Program-made: the position numbers and the translations under genes
In this document: in pieces, positions 1 to 11,059 of the stretch
How positions within the stretch are numbered: position 1 is the stretch's first letter
Layout: every line of letters begins with the position of its first letter
Notes under the pieces: generated by a model
What the model was told of the DNA's origin: nothing
Seen by the model: the letters and a program-made list of their open reading frames with translations, nothing else
The model's database searches: none
Origin: Klebsormidium nitens
Lineage: Eukaryota; Plantae; Klebsormidiophyceae
DNA length: 64,000 nt
Direction: 5' to 3'
NCBI GenBank assembly: GCA_000708835.1
Contig: DF237443.1
Location: 1 to 64,000, forward strand

Positions 1-651
1 CCATCCGGGCGTAATGCTCACTGAAGCCGATCCATCCGGGATATTACGCCGTCTTGCAGACAGCCACGCAGTGCGTCGTTAAGACGTAATCACCGCCGTT
101 TCGCTAACTCGCGGTCAACGAAATCCTGTCGAGAACGAGGTTAGGCTTAACCAGTCGTAATCGTTACATAGGAGTGCGCGGGCGACCAACGCACGCTCAG
201 CGTAAGCTGACGTTGCAGGCGTATCCGTAAACAATCAGAGGGCCCACTATGGAAGGGAACAGAACTTTCGAATAGGATCCTTTTCTTTGCCCACCACTGT
301 GGATTCCTACTACCGCCTTTAACCACAAAAATCAAATGATAAGACCTGCCTTAACTGATTAACAACACGACGAGGGGTGATTTTTCAGCAGAGAGCCGCT
401 GCAAGGAGTTGGATTTTGGCAAGAAGAGCCAAGACGAAGAGAAGTGAAGGAGAAATTCTGATTGATCGCTTTACAGTTCTAGGGAGACACTTTTGGACAT
501 TCTTCTTCTGGAGCCCCGTTCCGTGATCTTGGGTCAGAACTGACGCTGTAGGACCAGGAGGTATACAGTGCGAAAGAAGAGAGTTTGTCAATTGTGAAAT
601 AGAGGATCTCAGAAATTGTTGGAGTTGAAGTATTAACTTGCGTTTTTCAAT

Positions 652-1593
652 ATGTCACTCTTTCCTGCTTCGGGCCTAGCTAGTATGTACAGTGGTCGTC
701 CAGGGACGTTGTCCGATGAGGACTTTGGAGACCGCTTAAACGCAAACTATGCCAAAGCTAGATCTAAGGATGCAAGGTTAACCAAGGCAAGGTTCCTTGA
801 GCAGTTGCCTGGATTTCTCGAGCTGGAGGCTCTGAGAAGTTGGCGTAAAAATAAAGATCGCGTATTGACCGCGCCTGCCGATGCGGCTGAGCTTGCCCAG
901 TGGGACCCTCTTGAAGAAGTAGTGAGGCTTTTTAAGACGGAGTTCGGAGGTGCTAGCGCAGAGCAGGTACGTGAGTTGACGAGTTTGAAGAAGAAGCCTA
1001 ATGAGACGTGCAGGATGTTGCGTTCTCGCTTGGAGTATCTTGCAGATGAGACGGGATTGCTGAACGGCCAGGAGATGGCTATCAAGTTTGTTGAAGCATT
1101 GCCAGAGAAGCTGCGTGTGCGCGTGGAACCCATTGTTTACGCTATGGGAGCTAATGGAGTTTATACGCTCAACCAAGCTTTTGAAGTGGCAGACCGTCTG
1201 GATCTTGCAACGGCGTATGCAGACGGCCGCAGAGGAAAGACCAAGGAGGACAACGACTCATATGGCGTAAGTGAGGCTGATGCAAGGGCATTTCAGGATG
1301 GTAGGGTCTGTTTCCGTTGTGGACGGGAGGGTCATGTGCTGTCTGAGTGCCAGGTGAAAGCGGACGTACAGTGTAGCGTGTGTCAGAAGAAAGGTCACAT
1401 GGCTGCAGCTTGTTGGACTAAGCACGGCAAACCGGGAGTGGTTGCCAACCAACGGGCATATCCGCAAGAAAGCGTAAAGGAGATTGCGCTGGAGTTGAAG
1501 GAGTTGAAGGGTCAGGTTCAGAAGTTACTTGAGCATTTTGGAAGGGTGGTAAATGCAAAGTCAGGCACTGGTCAGGGGATGGATCAGTATTAG
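652..1593 (+). mobile_element. LTR-retrotransposon gag ORF (Ty3/gypsy-like, 313 aa) with two CCHC zinc knuckles; no pol downstream
   Basis: Intact ORF with CFRCGREGHVLSEC and CSVCQKKGHMAAAC (CX2CX4HX4C x2) preceded by a retrotransposon-gag-like helical region (FKTEFGG...KKKPNETCRMLRSRLEYLA). Sequence after the stop is interrupted at 1626 by another repeat. Confidence 0.8.
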
Positions 1594-1625
1594 GCCGGTC
1601 AGGACGACCTTGCCGAAGTGGGGCG

Positions 1626-1806
1626 GGTATCATGCTCATCATGATATATGCGCTGCCATGAAGTTTGACATGTATGAAAGTTTACTTGAGCCGAAGTGGC
1701 GGTAAATTTTAATCTTTTGATTGGCCGCAATCAATTGTTGGCAATAGAAGTATTATCATCTATGCTCGTGCGATGTTCCATGATAGCGAGGTTGTGTTAT
1801 CCGACA
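1626..1806 (+). repeat. Truncated copy 1 of an unclassified element end (181 bp, near-identical to 3039-3219)
   Basis: Direct comparison: starts GGTATCATGCTCATCATGATATATGCGC and matches 3039-3219 with only a few substitutions, then diverges. Confidence 0.9.
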
Positions 1807-3038
1807 GCTGTCAGGTCATATGGCATCGTTGTTGTAGGGAATCGCAAATGTAACTTTGCTGAATATTCCCGAGAACTTGAAGGAGTTTATAATATTGAAG
1901 TAGAAAATAGCGACCAAGGTGAGGGTTGCGCATTGTGATTAAGGCTATGTGTTGTAAGACTGTAGCCCGAACACAAGGGTAATAGTACTTAGTAGTAGCA
2001 GTTGATAACGAGGAGTGTTGTTGATTGGCTAGCTAGCGAATTGGTGAGACGCGCACTATAGGCTAAAGGAGGCGCGACTCAGTGGGCGCGGCCATACTGT
2101 CAGCGCGCGCGGCTCAGACTAGGGGTTTAGTACGATCGACGGTGCTCGACTCGTATGTGCTTATGTCCGGTTACGTACTCAGAATATGACCGTAGGATTA
2201 TACCTTGAAACCTCGAGGTTTAGTCTTGTTCGCGCAGCCAATTAAATCGCAATATTACGGTAGACTCGACCAATTATAATTGAGTTACGGATTGCGTCGG
2301 ACGAGAGCCAATCACATTGCGGTAGTGAAAAGTACTGACGGCGGTTACGTAACCACGCACCTTCACTATCTTGAGTACACAAAAACCATGAACCTAAGTA
2401 TACAAAAACTGTATAGACTTGGAGCGACGCCGAGTCTGGACTTGCGGCAGTTCACACCATTAAGCTCAGGGATGCTGCAAGGATGCTTTCAGTACATGGT
2501 AGATAATGAGTACACTTTGCGGACCTATAAAAGGCTTGCGAAAGTTGGCGAGTACCCAACTTTCTGAATGTTGCTAGAACCTACCCTCAAGCTTCCTACT
2601 AGAGCAATAGAGCGCCAACCAGAACTTGTGCCAAGAACGAAGGGCAGTGAATCCAAGTTGCTGAGAACCGCCAAGGACGAAGGGCGAGGTTGATGGACTA
2701 GAAGAGCGTGAACCTTTGAGAAGACGGCGGACCACCACGACGACGGCGGCAACATAGAGTATATTGTGAATTGCTTGTGTTGTGAATTGCTTGGTTTGCC
2801 AAGTGAACTTATTTGAGGCGCACCGATTCGTCTATTACCCAAGCTTGTTTTGCCTCTCTCAATTGTTCCATCTCTCATCTCATCTGGTCTGCTGGTGCCA
2901 TAACAGAAGTTCCGCATGGTGCCTGGGGTGTTGCACATGTGTATTGTATGCTGTATATGAGGGTGACCGTGAATGCTATAAATGCTATGCTTCCACTTGT
3001 TATATTGAGACGTTGCTAACAACCACGTCCCTTTTTAC

Positions 3039-4156
3039 GGTATCATGCTCATCATGATATATGCGCTGCCATGAAGTTTGACATTTATGAAAGTTTACTT
3101 GAGCCGAAGTGGCGGTAAATTTTAATCTTTTGATTGGCCGCAATCGATTGTTGGCAATAGAAGTGTTATCATCTATGCTCGTGCGATGTTCCATGATAGC
3201 GAGGTTGTGTTTTCCGACACCGGTAAGTTTCCGACATGTCAAATTTAAATCCTAGCTTTTAAGTTTTCCTCCGGTGCGATCGCCACTGGACCTCGGAGTA
3301 CCTTAAAATTTACCTCAGAAAATTGTCGATCGACCGTCGCGAGACCTGCGGAGTAATGGTTTGACCGAAGTAAACACCTTTTTTTTGAAAATCTGGTCGG
3401 ACCGAGGTCCGCATGTCGCGCCGTAGCAGTCCCGTGTGAGTTGAGTTGAAGGCACTGGTTGAAGGCACTTCAAAGGAGCCGATTGAAGGGGGTTGTAGAT
3501 CGGTTGAAAATGGAGCTGGCATCACTGCGACTCGGGTGTTGAACCGTGCGGACGACGAGGTGCGCGTATGGCGGAGGGAGCATCGGGGAGAGATGAAAAG
3601 GGGCAAGAACAGGGCGTTCNNNNNNNNNNNNNNNNNNNNNNNNNNNNNNNNNNNNNNNNNNNNNNNNNNNNNNNNNNNNNNNNNNNNNNNNNNNNNNNNN
3701 NNNNNNNNNNNNNNNNNNNNNNNNNNNNNNNNNNNNNNNNNNNNNNNNNNNNNNNNNNNNNNNNNNNNNNNNNNNNNNNNNNNNNNNNNNNNNNNNNNNN
3801 NNNNNNNNNNNNNNNNNNNNNNNNNNNNNNNNNNNNNNNNNNNNNNNNNNNNNNNNNNNNNNNNNNNNNNNNNNNNNNNNNNNNNNNNNNNNNNNNNNNN
3901 NNNNNNNNNNNNNNNNNNNNNNNNNNNNNNNNNNNNNNNNNNNNNNNNNNNNNNNNNNNNNNNNNNNNNNNNNNNNNNNNNNNNNNNNNNNNNNNNNNNN
4001 NNNNNNNNNNNNNNNNNNNNNNNNNNNNNNNNNNNNNNNNNNNNNNNNNNNNNNNNNNNNNNNNNNNNNNNNNNNNNNNNNNNNNNNNNNNNNNNNNNNN
4101 NNNNNNNNNNNNNNNNNNNNNNNNNNNNNNNNNNNNNNNNNNNNNNNNNNNNNNAA
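3039..4156 (+). mobile_element. Unclassified inserted element (copy 2), right part in N-gap, flanked by a 37-bp direct repeat
   Basis: Same 5' end as 1626-1806; ATATTGAGACGTTGCTAACAACCACGTCCCTTTTTAC occurs at 3002-3038 and again at 4157-4193. Confidence 0.55.
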
Positions 4157-4377
4157 ATATTGAGACGTTGCTAACAACCACGTCCCTTTTTACACATTCA
4201 GAAAGTTGGAGCTTTCAAGGCGTGAAGGCTTGCGACAAGTGGAGCATCACGGGAGTTAAGGGCGCAAGGTACCCTACTACACAAGGAGTGTGTAAAGGTG
4301 AGAAAAGCAATGCAGTGCATGGTTAAGCTGTGGTTAGCCAACTAACCAGCAGTCTGACCAGTGGTTAAGCAGTGGTC

Positions 4378-4457
4378 GGGGCAACTGCTTAGTGGTCGGG
4401 GCATCTGCTTAATTGACCGTAGGGTCACGGGTTCAAATCCTCTTGGGCTCAGTTTTT
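4378..4457 (+). ncRNA. Degenerate tRNA-derived / SINE-head-like Pol III unit
   Basis: A-box-like TGCTTAGTGG (~4386), B-box GGTTCAAATCC (~4430) at tRNA spacing, followed by a T5 terminator. Acceptor and anticodon stems pair poorly, so not a functional tRNA. Confidence 0.45.
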
Positions 4458-4715
4458 GCCCATAGCTGGATTAGGTGCTTTTTGAGGCAGTGGCAACTTT
4501 TTGCAACATTTGGACTCCGGTTGAGGTCACAAGGGTGAATTGATTGTGGAGTTGTGTTGCTAGGGTGCAATTTGAAGACGCTTGGTATAATCGACTTAGT
4601 ACTTGAGGTCTCGTTGTATTCCTAAACCGACCATTTTGAAAGGTTGTGGTTCCACTGCCGCCTGCATGCTTTTCAACCTGGGGCGTCCGAACTCCGATGG
4701 AGTTTTGATTGACTT

Positions 4716-4951
4716 GAGCTGACGGAGAGGCGCAGCTGATTGAATTTTGAAGTGTGATTTTGAACCGAGCTGACGGAGAGGCGCAGCTGGTTGAAATTTT
4801 GAAGTTGAAGTTGTTGGAGTGATTTGGGGCTGACGGGGAGTCGCAGCCGATTTGAATTGGAGCTAACGGGGAGGCGTAGCCAATTAGGAGAAAGTTGAGT
4901 TGACGGCGAGGCGCAATTCAGAGTGGCTGACGCACGTATAGGGGCGCAGCT
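4716..4951. repeat. Array of six bulged hairpins (GCTG-A-CG-loop-CG-CAGC) with variable spacers
   Basis: Copies start near 4716, 4767, 4827, 4860, 4897, 4925; stem variants GCTA/TAGC and GTTG/CAAT keep pairing. Confidence 0.85.
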
Positions 4952-5699
4952 TAATCGTGTATTCAAGTTTTGTAAAGAGTTCAAAACTTGGGTTTGAACC
5001 GGGCCAACTTCTTGGTCGTGATTATAACTCGGAGGGGTCTAAAGGGCTCGGAAGTTATTCGGTTTGATCAACCGTACTTTGCAAGGGGCGCAGATCGGAA
5101 TCAAGAAGGAACTTTGATTTGAATCTAAGTTTGGGTATTGCTGCAAGACGTTTGACCTAGCAAAAAGGAGGGAGTGATAAAAAAGTCTAGGAACAAATAT
5201 CTTGTTGCAAGTTTCGTTTGAATGATTTGGGATTTTAGTCATTTGTCGGAACCTTGTTGGGTACTTCATCCAAAATTTGAAACCTGGTACCTCCACTGAG
5301 AACGCCACTAGGATGTGACGGTTGGACAGGGTTCACACGCTGCCTGTCTACTTCACATGTGCGGAAACCATGCGAAGCTTCTCAGCACGCCTTGGGATCA
5401 CCTCAGCAAGAGCGCCTCTCAGAAAAATTGCGTCTTCTTGCCTTCTTCCCAAAGACTGATTAGTTAGGACTCACGAAGAGGCTCCATATTCAGTCAAAGA
5501 GTCTCGAGACTCGCATCTCGCAAGGCACTTGCTTCTTTACGCTTGATGAAATCACGANNNNNNNNNNNNNNNNNNNNAACAAGAGGAGGCCCTGGGGAGG
5601 AGCCTCGCATGGCCCTCGAGGGGACTTGCACGTGACAGGCGGGAGGAAGCAAGAGCGCGCTTCATGGCAAGGCGCCAAAACGAGGCTCGTTGCTGAGCA

Positions 5700-6478
5700 C
5701 TTGGACGAGATTGAGCAAAGCCGCCAGGAGGCGTGCTGCCGTTCAGCGGCTGAGGACACTCATCGCCGCGCCGAGGAAGCAAGGTGCCCGCCGGAGAGGG
5801 GAATACGGCAATTCGACTTTTAAAAGACCAATGGAAGAGGGGGAGGTTAAGAGGTTCTAGCTCGAGGAGAAGAGGGAAGCCATGCGGCAGGAAGTCAGGG
5901 GTTGCGTTGAGCAGAGGCGTCGGAATTAGATGAAGCCAAGGGAAAGGTGGAGGACGATTTAAAGTTGAAGGCGGCTCGAGCGGCGTCCAGGCGACTGGGC
6001 GGCCGAGGAGGCAAGGTGCCGCGCAATCCTTTCCAACCACGCTAAAGGAAGCAAAACAGCAGCGAAAAGTAGAGGAGCAATGGAGAGCACGAGCGCAGGG
6101 AGATAGAGCGGCGCAACGAGCAGCGCAGGGAGCTGGAGCGCGTGGAGAAGGAGCGGCAGGAGGAACAGCGTAGAAAGAAGAAACGGCAAGAGGAGCAGCA
6201 ACAGAGGGAGGAGAATAACGGGCGGCACGGGGAGGATCAAAAGCAAATGAGAAGACGAGAAGCGCTTGAGGCGTGAGTGGCCCGGTGCGTTTCAGAATAA
6301 GAGTCGAGAAGAGGCTAGAGAGTTCTTCTTGGAGCTCGTGTCCTCTCTAGAAATGGACGTAACGAGGGAGTCCAGTGGGCGGGATCTGAATAAGTGCTAT
6401 CAAGACGCTAGTAGGAGAATCCATTCGAGCAAGCAAGGGGAGGCAAAACAAACGGGGTTCGGAAAAAGGCGATAGAAA
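5700..6478 (+). pseudogene. Frameshifted coiled-coil ORF ending in a degenerate J-domain-like segment
   Basis: E/R/Q-rich stretch (REIERRNEQRRELERVEKERQEEQ) broken by frameshifts, then RDLNKCYQDASRRIHSSKQG, resembling J-domain helix II plus HPD loop (HPD->HSS). Confidence 0.4.
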
Positions 6479-7494
6479 CGGCGTAGAGAGAAAAGCAACC
6501 ACGCATGTTGACGTGCTTTTGCAAAAAATAAAGGCTCAGTAAAGGGATGGTGATATTGTAGTTCTACAAGTATATAATGGCAGTACTCGCAGTTAGGTTG
6601 ACTGCAAACGTCGAACTCAATAGTTCCATATATAATTGTAGTTGCATTTGAGGCGAACTTGTACCCAGACACACTACGTAGTGTTTCTAGAGAATCAATC
6701 GTTTGCGATTCTAGGCAACGGTTTTCAGCACTGGAAAAAGAGATAACGTGCTGTCTATGTCATCAAAACCGCTTTGATTCGAAATCTGATGATAGTTGAA
6801 AGTACTACTGGCCCGCAACTATCATACTCGCTTGTTTGCAAGGAAGTAGAGGTGCGTTCAGTTGAACACGGTGCGGACTTATAAGCGTGAGTTTTACTCT
6901 ACTGATATTAAGAAGGCTGCCGGAACTTTCATACCTATTGAAGTTGTGTATGACGGAATTAAGTCGAAAAGCGGAATCCAATGGCGATCGACTCTCATGG
7001 CTGGCGGAATTTGACGTTAATCTCTTTGGCTTTGTGTCATGTTTTGATACGTCATTTCCGTGCAGTGTTCGACCACCTTTTCTAACATATGGAGGACCGA
7101 AAGATCATCTTCCTTAAATAGAACCCATTTCAGTGCAAAATGGTCTTTTTGTTGGCGAAAGCGCAAAGCACCCTGTCTATTCGCTCATCTGACTCCTTCG
7201 TCTAGCTCATCATCCCCAATGTCACATGTGCAACGCTGAGAATGTTAAGACTGGTCAAAGTAAGTAGCAAATCCATACAGCTTCGCTTTGCTTCCGCTAC
7301 GATATCCAGCGGCGCTATTCCAAAGGCCAAGTCCACCAAGCAGATCCGGAGCCGTTAGCGTTGCCACAGTTTCTGTTGAAACCCATGGTGGCCGAGGGTC
7401 GTAGTGTAGTTGAGCTACTCATCATCGGGTCTGATCGTGTTGCCCGGCACCTGCTCATCTCTCATTGATGGCAGCCATGCATCCTAAGAGGAAC

Positions 7495-8520
7495 TGTTGA
7501 GATACGGGCATTTAGGGACCCGATCTTTGGGTGATTCTAGGGTTTTAGGATCATGACGTCGACGGTTATTCGACGGTAACNNNNNNNNNNNNNNNNNNNN
7601 NNNNNNNNNNNNNNNNNNNNNNNNNNNNNNNNNNNNNNNNNNNNNNNNNNNNNNNNNNNNNNNNNNNNNNNNNNNNNNNNNNNNNNNNNNNNNNNNNNNN
7701 NNNNNNNNNNNNNNNNNNNNNNNNNNNNNNNNNNNNNNNNNNNNNNNNNNNNNNNNNNNNNNNNNNNNNNNNNNNNNNNNNNNNNNNNNNNNNNNNNNNN
7801 NNNNNNNNNNNNNNNNNNNNNNNNNNNNNNNNNNNNNNNNNNNNNNNNNNNNNNNNNNNNNNNNNNNNNNNNNNNNNNNNNNNNNNNNNNNNNNNNNNNN
7901 NNNNNNNNNNNNNNNNNNNNNNNNNNNNNNNNNNNNNNNNNNNNNNNNNNNNNNNNNNNNNNNNNNNNNNNNNNNNNNNNNNNNNNNNNNNNNNNNNNNN
8001 NNNNNNNNNNNNNNNNNNNNNNNNNNNNNNNNNNNNNNNNNNNNNNNNNNNNNNNNNNNNNNNNNNNNNNNNNNNNNNNNNNNNNNNNNNNNNNNNNNNN
8101 NNNNNNNNNNNNNNNNNNNNNNNNNNNNNNNNNNNNNNNNNNNNNNNNNNNNNNNNNNNNNNNNNNNNNNNNNNNNNNNNNNNNNNNNNNNNNNNNNNNN
8201 NNNNNNNNNNNNNNNNNNNNNNNNNNNNNNNNNNNNNNNNNNNNNNNNNNNNNNNNNNNNNNNNNNNNNNNNNNNTCGGGTGAGCCCGTGACCATGTACG
8301 TGGCTCGGGCAAAGGATTTGTTTGGGAACTTGAGAGCTACCAGTCTCGAGTTGAAGCCGGATGAGCTGGCTTGGAGCGTGCTGGCGGGATTGCCGAGCTC
8401 GTTCAGTACCCTGAGAACAGTGTTAATGGCTTTGGAGGGCAACATGAGCTTGGTGGATGCGATCTTGCCGAAGTTCTTGGTGCATGAGCAAGGATTTCAG
8501 CTGCCCAAGGATGACAGAGG
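7495..8520 (+). mobile_element. Truncated Ty1/copia copy: 5' LTR start plus gag fragment across an N-gap
   Basis: TGTTGAGATACGGGCATTT at 7495 matches the LTR start (TGTTGAGATCCGGGCATTT) of the minus-strand copia at 13794. Gag fragment GEPVTMYVARAKDL...LAGLPSSFSTL parallels GGPVTMYVGLAKDL...LAGLPKTFSTL at 17400-17849. Confidence 0.8.
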
Positions 8521-11059
8521 ATGTCCAATTGGCCTTAAAAGGAGAGCTAGAACAAACGAACTTATTGCAGGTCCTGTTCGAGGTCGTGCTGGGTGTGTAT
8601 ATGTGCGGGCCACTTCCCTGCCACGCCTCGCAAAGAGAATGTTATCACCAGTCTCACGTCTAATAAAAACCGCTTACAAAGCTAATACGAGGACAGCGAG
8701 TCGTTTTGAGTCTCTTCTCTAGCGGGCTGTCTAAAACACAACTCTTCTCACTTTTTTGAAAGGAATAAACGTGTTATTTATTCAGTCGAGCTCATTAAGC
8801 CTGCTGGCAAGCATCCTGGCGCGACTGGAGTCGCATGAACATGCGGAAGATTCAATGTAGAAGCTCCAGCACGTGCCACAGCCGCAAGAGGGGAGGGGAA
8901 GACGGCGGAGGGCACTCCGGCCGGTCAGGATCGGCCTGTTTAAAATACACAATTCCAGCAACCATTAGCCGGCTTGTTTAAGGGAGGACATTTACAGATT
9001 GTTTCACATACCCTTCAAGAAAAGAACGCAGAAGCTCTACTACGGATGCCTCCAAACGTTGCTTCCATAAAGCGAGAGAGTTGTCGGCTCCACTCTAATG
9101 TCCAGGCCGGTAGCTTTGGCGATCGGCGTGCTACTGGCACGACTCGGAAAGAAATGGCACGCTAGCATGAAAGAAACAAACACTTGTGGGCAGTTGTTTT
9201 ACGCTCGTTGTGCAGCTTGTTGTTGTGGCAAGCATTCCAACTCAAGCAAAGAGTCGGGCACCGAATCTGCCACAAGTGCACCCGCGGACAGCGGGGCGTT
9301 TGTCTCGCAGCATCAAGATTCTGTTGAAGAAGAGGCCTGCGAGGGAAACCTTGGTCGGTCAGCGTCGGCCTGTCAAAGACACCGAATGCTGTCACTGGCC
9401 ACGTGTCGGCGTTTGGAACCAGATGGCCTTCAAAGGCAATTTGGAAGTGGAATGACTTCCCCTCAACCAACATTGGGTTTGCCAAGAAACTACATTTCAT
9501 GAATTTGCGAGCTCCATCACAATATGGGCCAAAACCCGATTTGAGTACCCTCTGCTAAGGGAACCTTTGAGCAGGTTTTGCAACCTTACTCGTGCAAATG
9601 GATCGTGCGGCACGCTTCCTACCCTCGTTGTGGCCCCTTGCACAGGTGGGGGACTGGGTGCAGGAGGGGCGCTTGTTGGCGCACGTGTGTGCGCAATGTG
9701 GGGAAGGGGAGACGAAACCGGCAGAAGAGGCTCCGGCGGGTTTGATTCCATGTGTCCAAAAAAAAGCACAAAAAGCAATTACGAGCCATCATCTTGTAAG
9801 ACTCTTTAAACAGACCCAACGACCATAGAGTAGCACAACGGAATATGCCTAACTCCGTCCTCAAGCAAAAGATAGTTTTAGAGTGTAAAAGATGTCCATG
9901 CGAATGTAAAAGGTGGTCTGCGATTAATGTGTAAGAGTTCATATTTACACTTTTAAATACTAGGAGAGACAACAAGCACGTGTTGAAAGAGATAATAGGA
10001 ATAGGCTGTTGAGAGTGAGTACAGAACAAGCTGTTCGAAGTCACCTTTGCAAGCACATGCAAAGAACGAAGAGCAAAACCAGTGGCACATGCGCCCAATG
10101 AAGATAGCGCACTAGCGGGCGGTGTATAAGAAGGAAGGGAAAAGCTCGTGAAGAAGTCTCTAACCGGTCTACCTGGGCCTGTCAAGAATACGGAAAGGAT
10201 CGCCCGACTTAGCACTATTGAGGCGAACCGTCTCATCGGCCGTTTAACAAAGAGAAGCACCCCAAGCTGCCACCAAAATCGCAAAGCCGGCCGATGAGTA
10301 TCCATTCGTGTCGCGTGCCTTCTGGAAACCCAATTCTCAAAGATATTGAAACAACTTACTTCGGAACTGACGAGGAACATGTGCATGTAGCCCGCTTGCC
10401 CCCACGAGGTTACTTAGTACCTGTTAGGCAAAGATTCTAAGACTGCTGTATGTTTGGTGAATAGTTGGAGCCCCCTTAGATAAGAGCGATGTCGAGGGCG
10501 TTTCCACGGCTAAATAGAAGTGGAATCTGAGAAGAATCGGATACCAGAATCCGTCAAACACCGAGCCCATACAGAGACAAAACGCATAGAAGCATGTGTT
10601 TCGAAGGAGGACGCTGTTGTGACGCTTGTACGCAGTTGTGAAAACTTCACGAAAGCGTATGCACGCCTGGAAAGTCGGACAATGCTCGAGAGGCAGGCGT
10701 CTAATAATGCAAGCTATGCTGCCAAGACCCCGGCTTGAAACTCGCCGTGTTTGCAATCTGGGTTTGAACCAAGGTGGGAACCAACGTAGCAAATTGCTAG
10801 AGCGCCTATGGGTCTAGGGATTGCAGACAGTCAGGCACCGAAGCGAGGAGGAGTGCAGCCTGCTTGAGGTCTCCCATGGCTAACATGGCCCCGCGTCTTC
10901 TCACGAGCTTTTGCAGCATTGCGTCCTAGCCATGGTAGAGTGGGATGCCCGTGAAAGAGAGTCTCAAACCACACCCTCAGAAAAAGTCCCCCTTGGTGCA
11001 GCCTCCACCCCAATCTCGTTGGCCAAGTAAAGCGTGTGTACAGCGTGTTCTTGCAAAAA

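Noticed and set aside
4716-4951. CRISPR array or tandem hammerhead ribozymes
   Set aside because: Spacers are irregular and mutually similar; CTGACGG lacks the CUGANGA core and there is no properly placed GAAA with stems I-III.
7538-7550. TAGGGTTTTAGG as an interstitial TTTTAGGG telomere seed
   Set aside because: Fewer than two full units and lies within a copia LTR; expected by chance.
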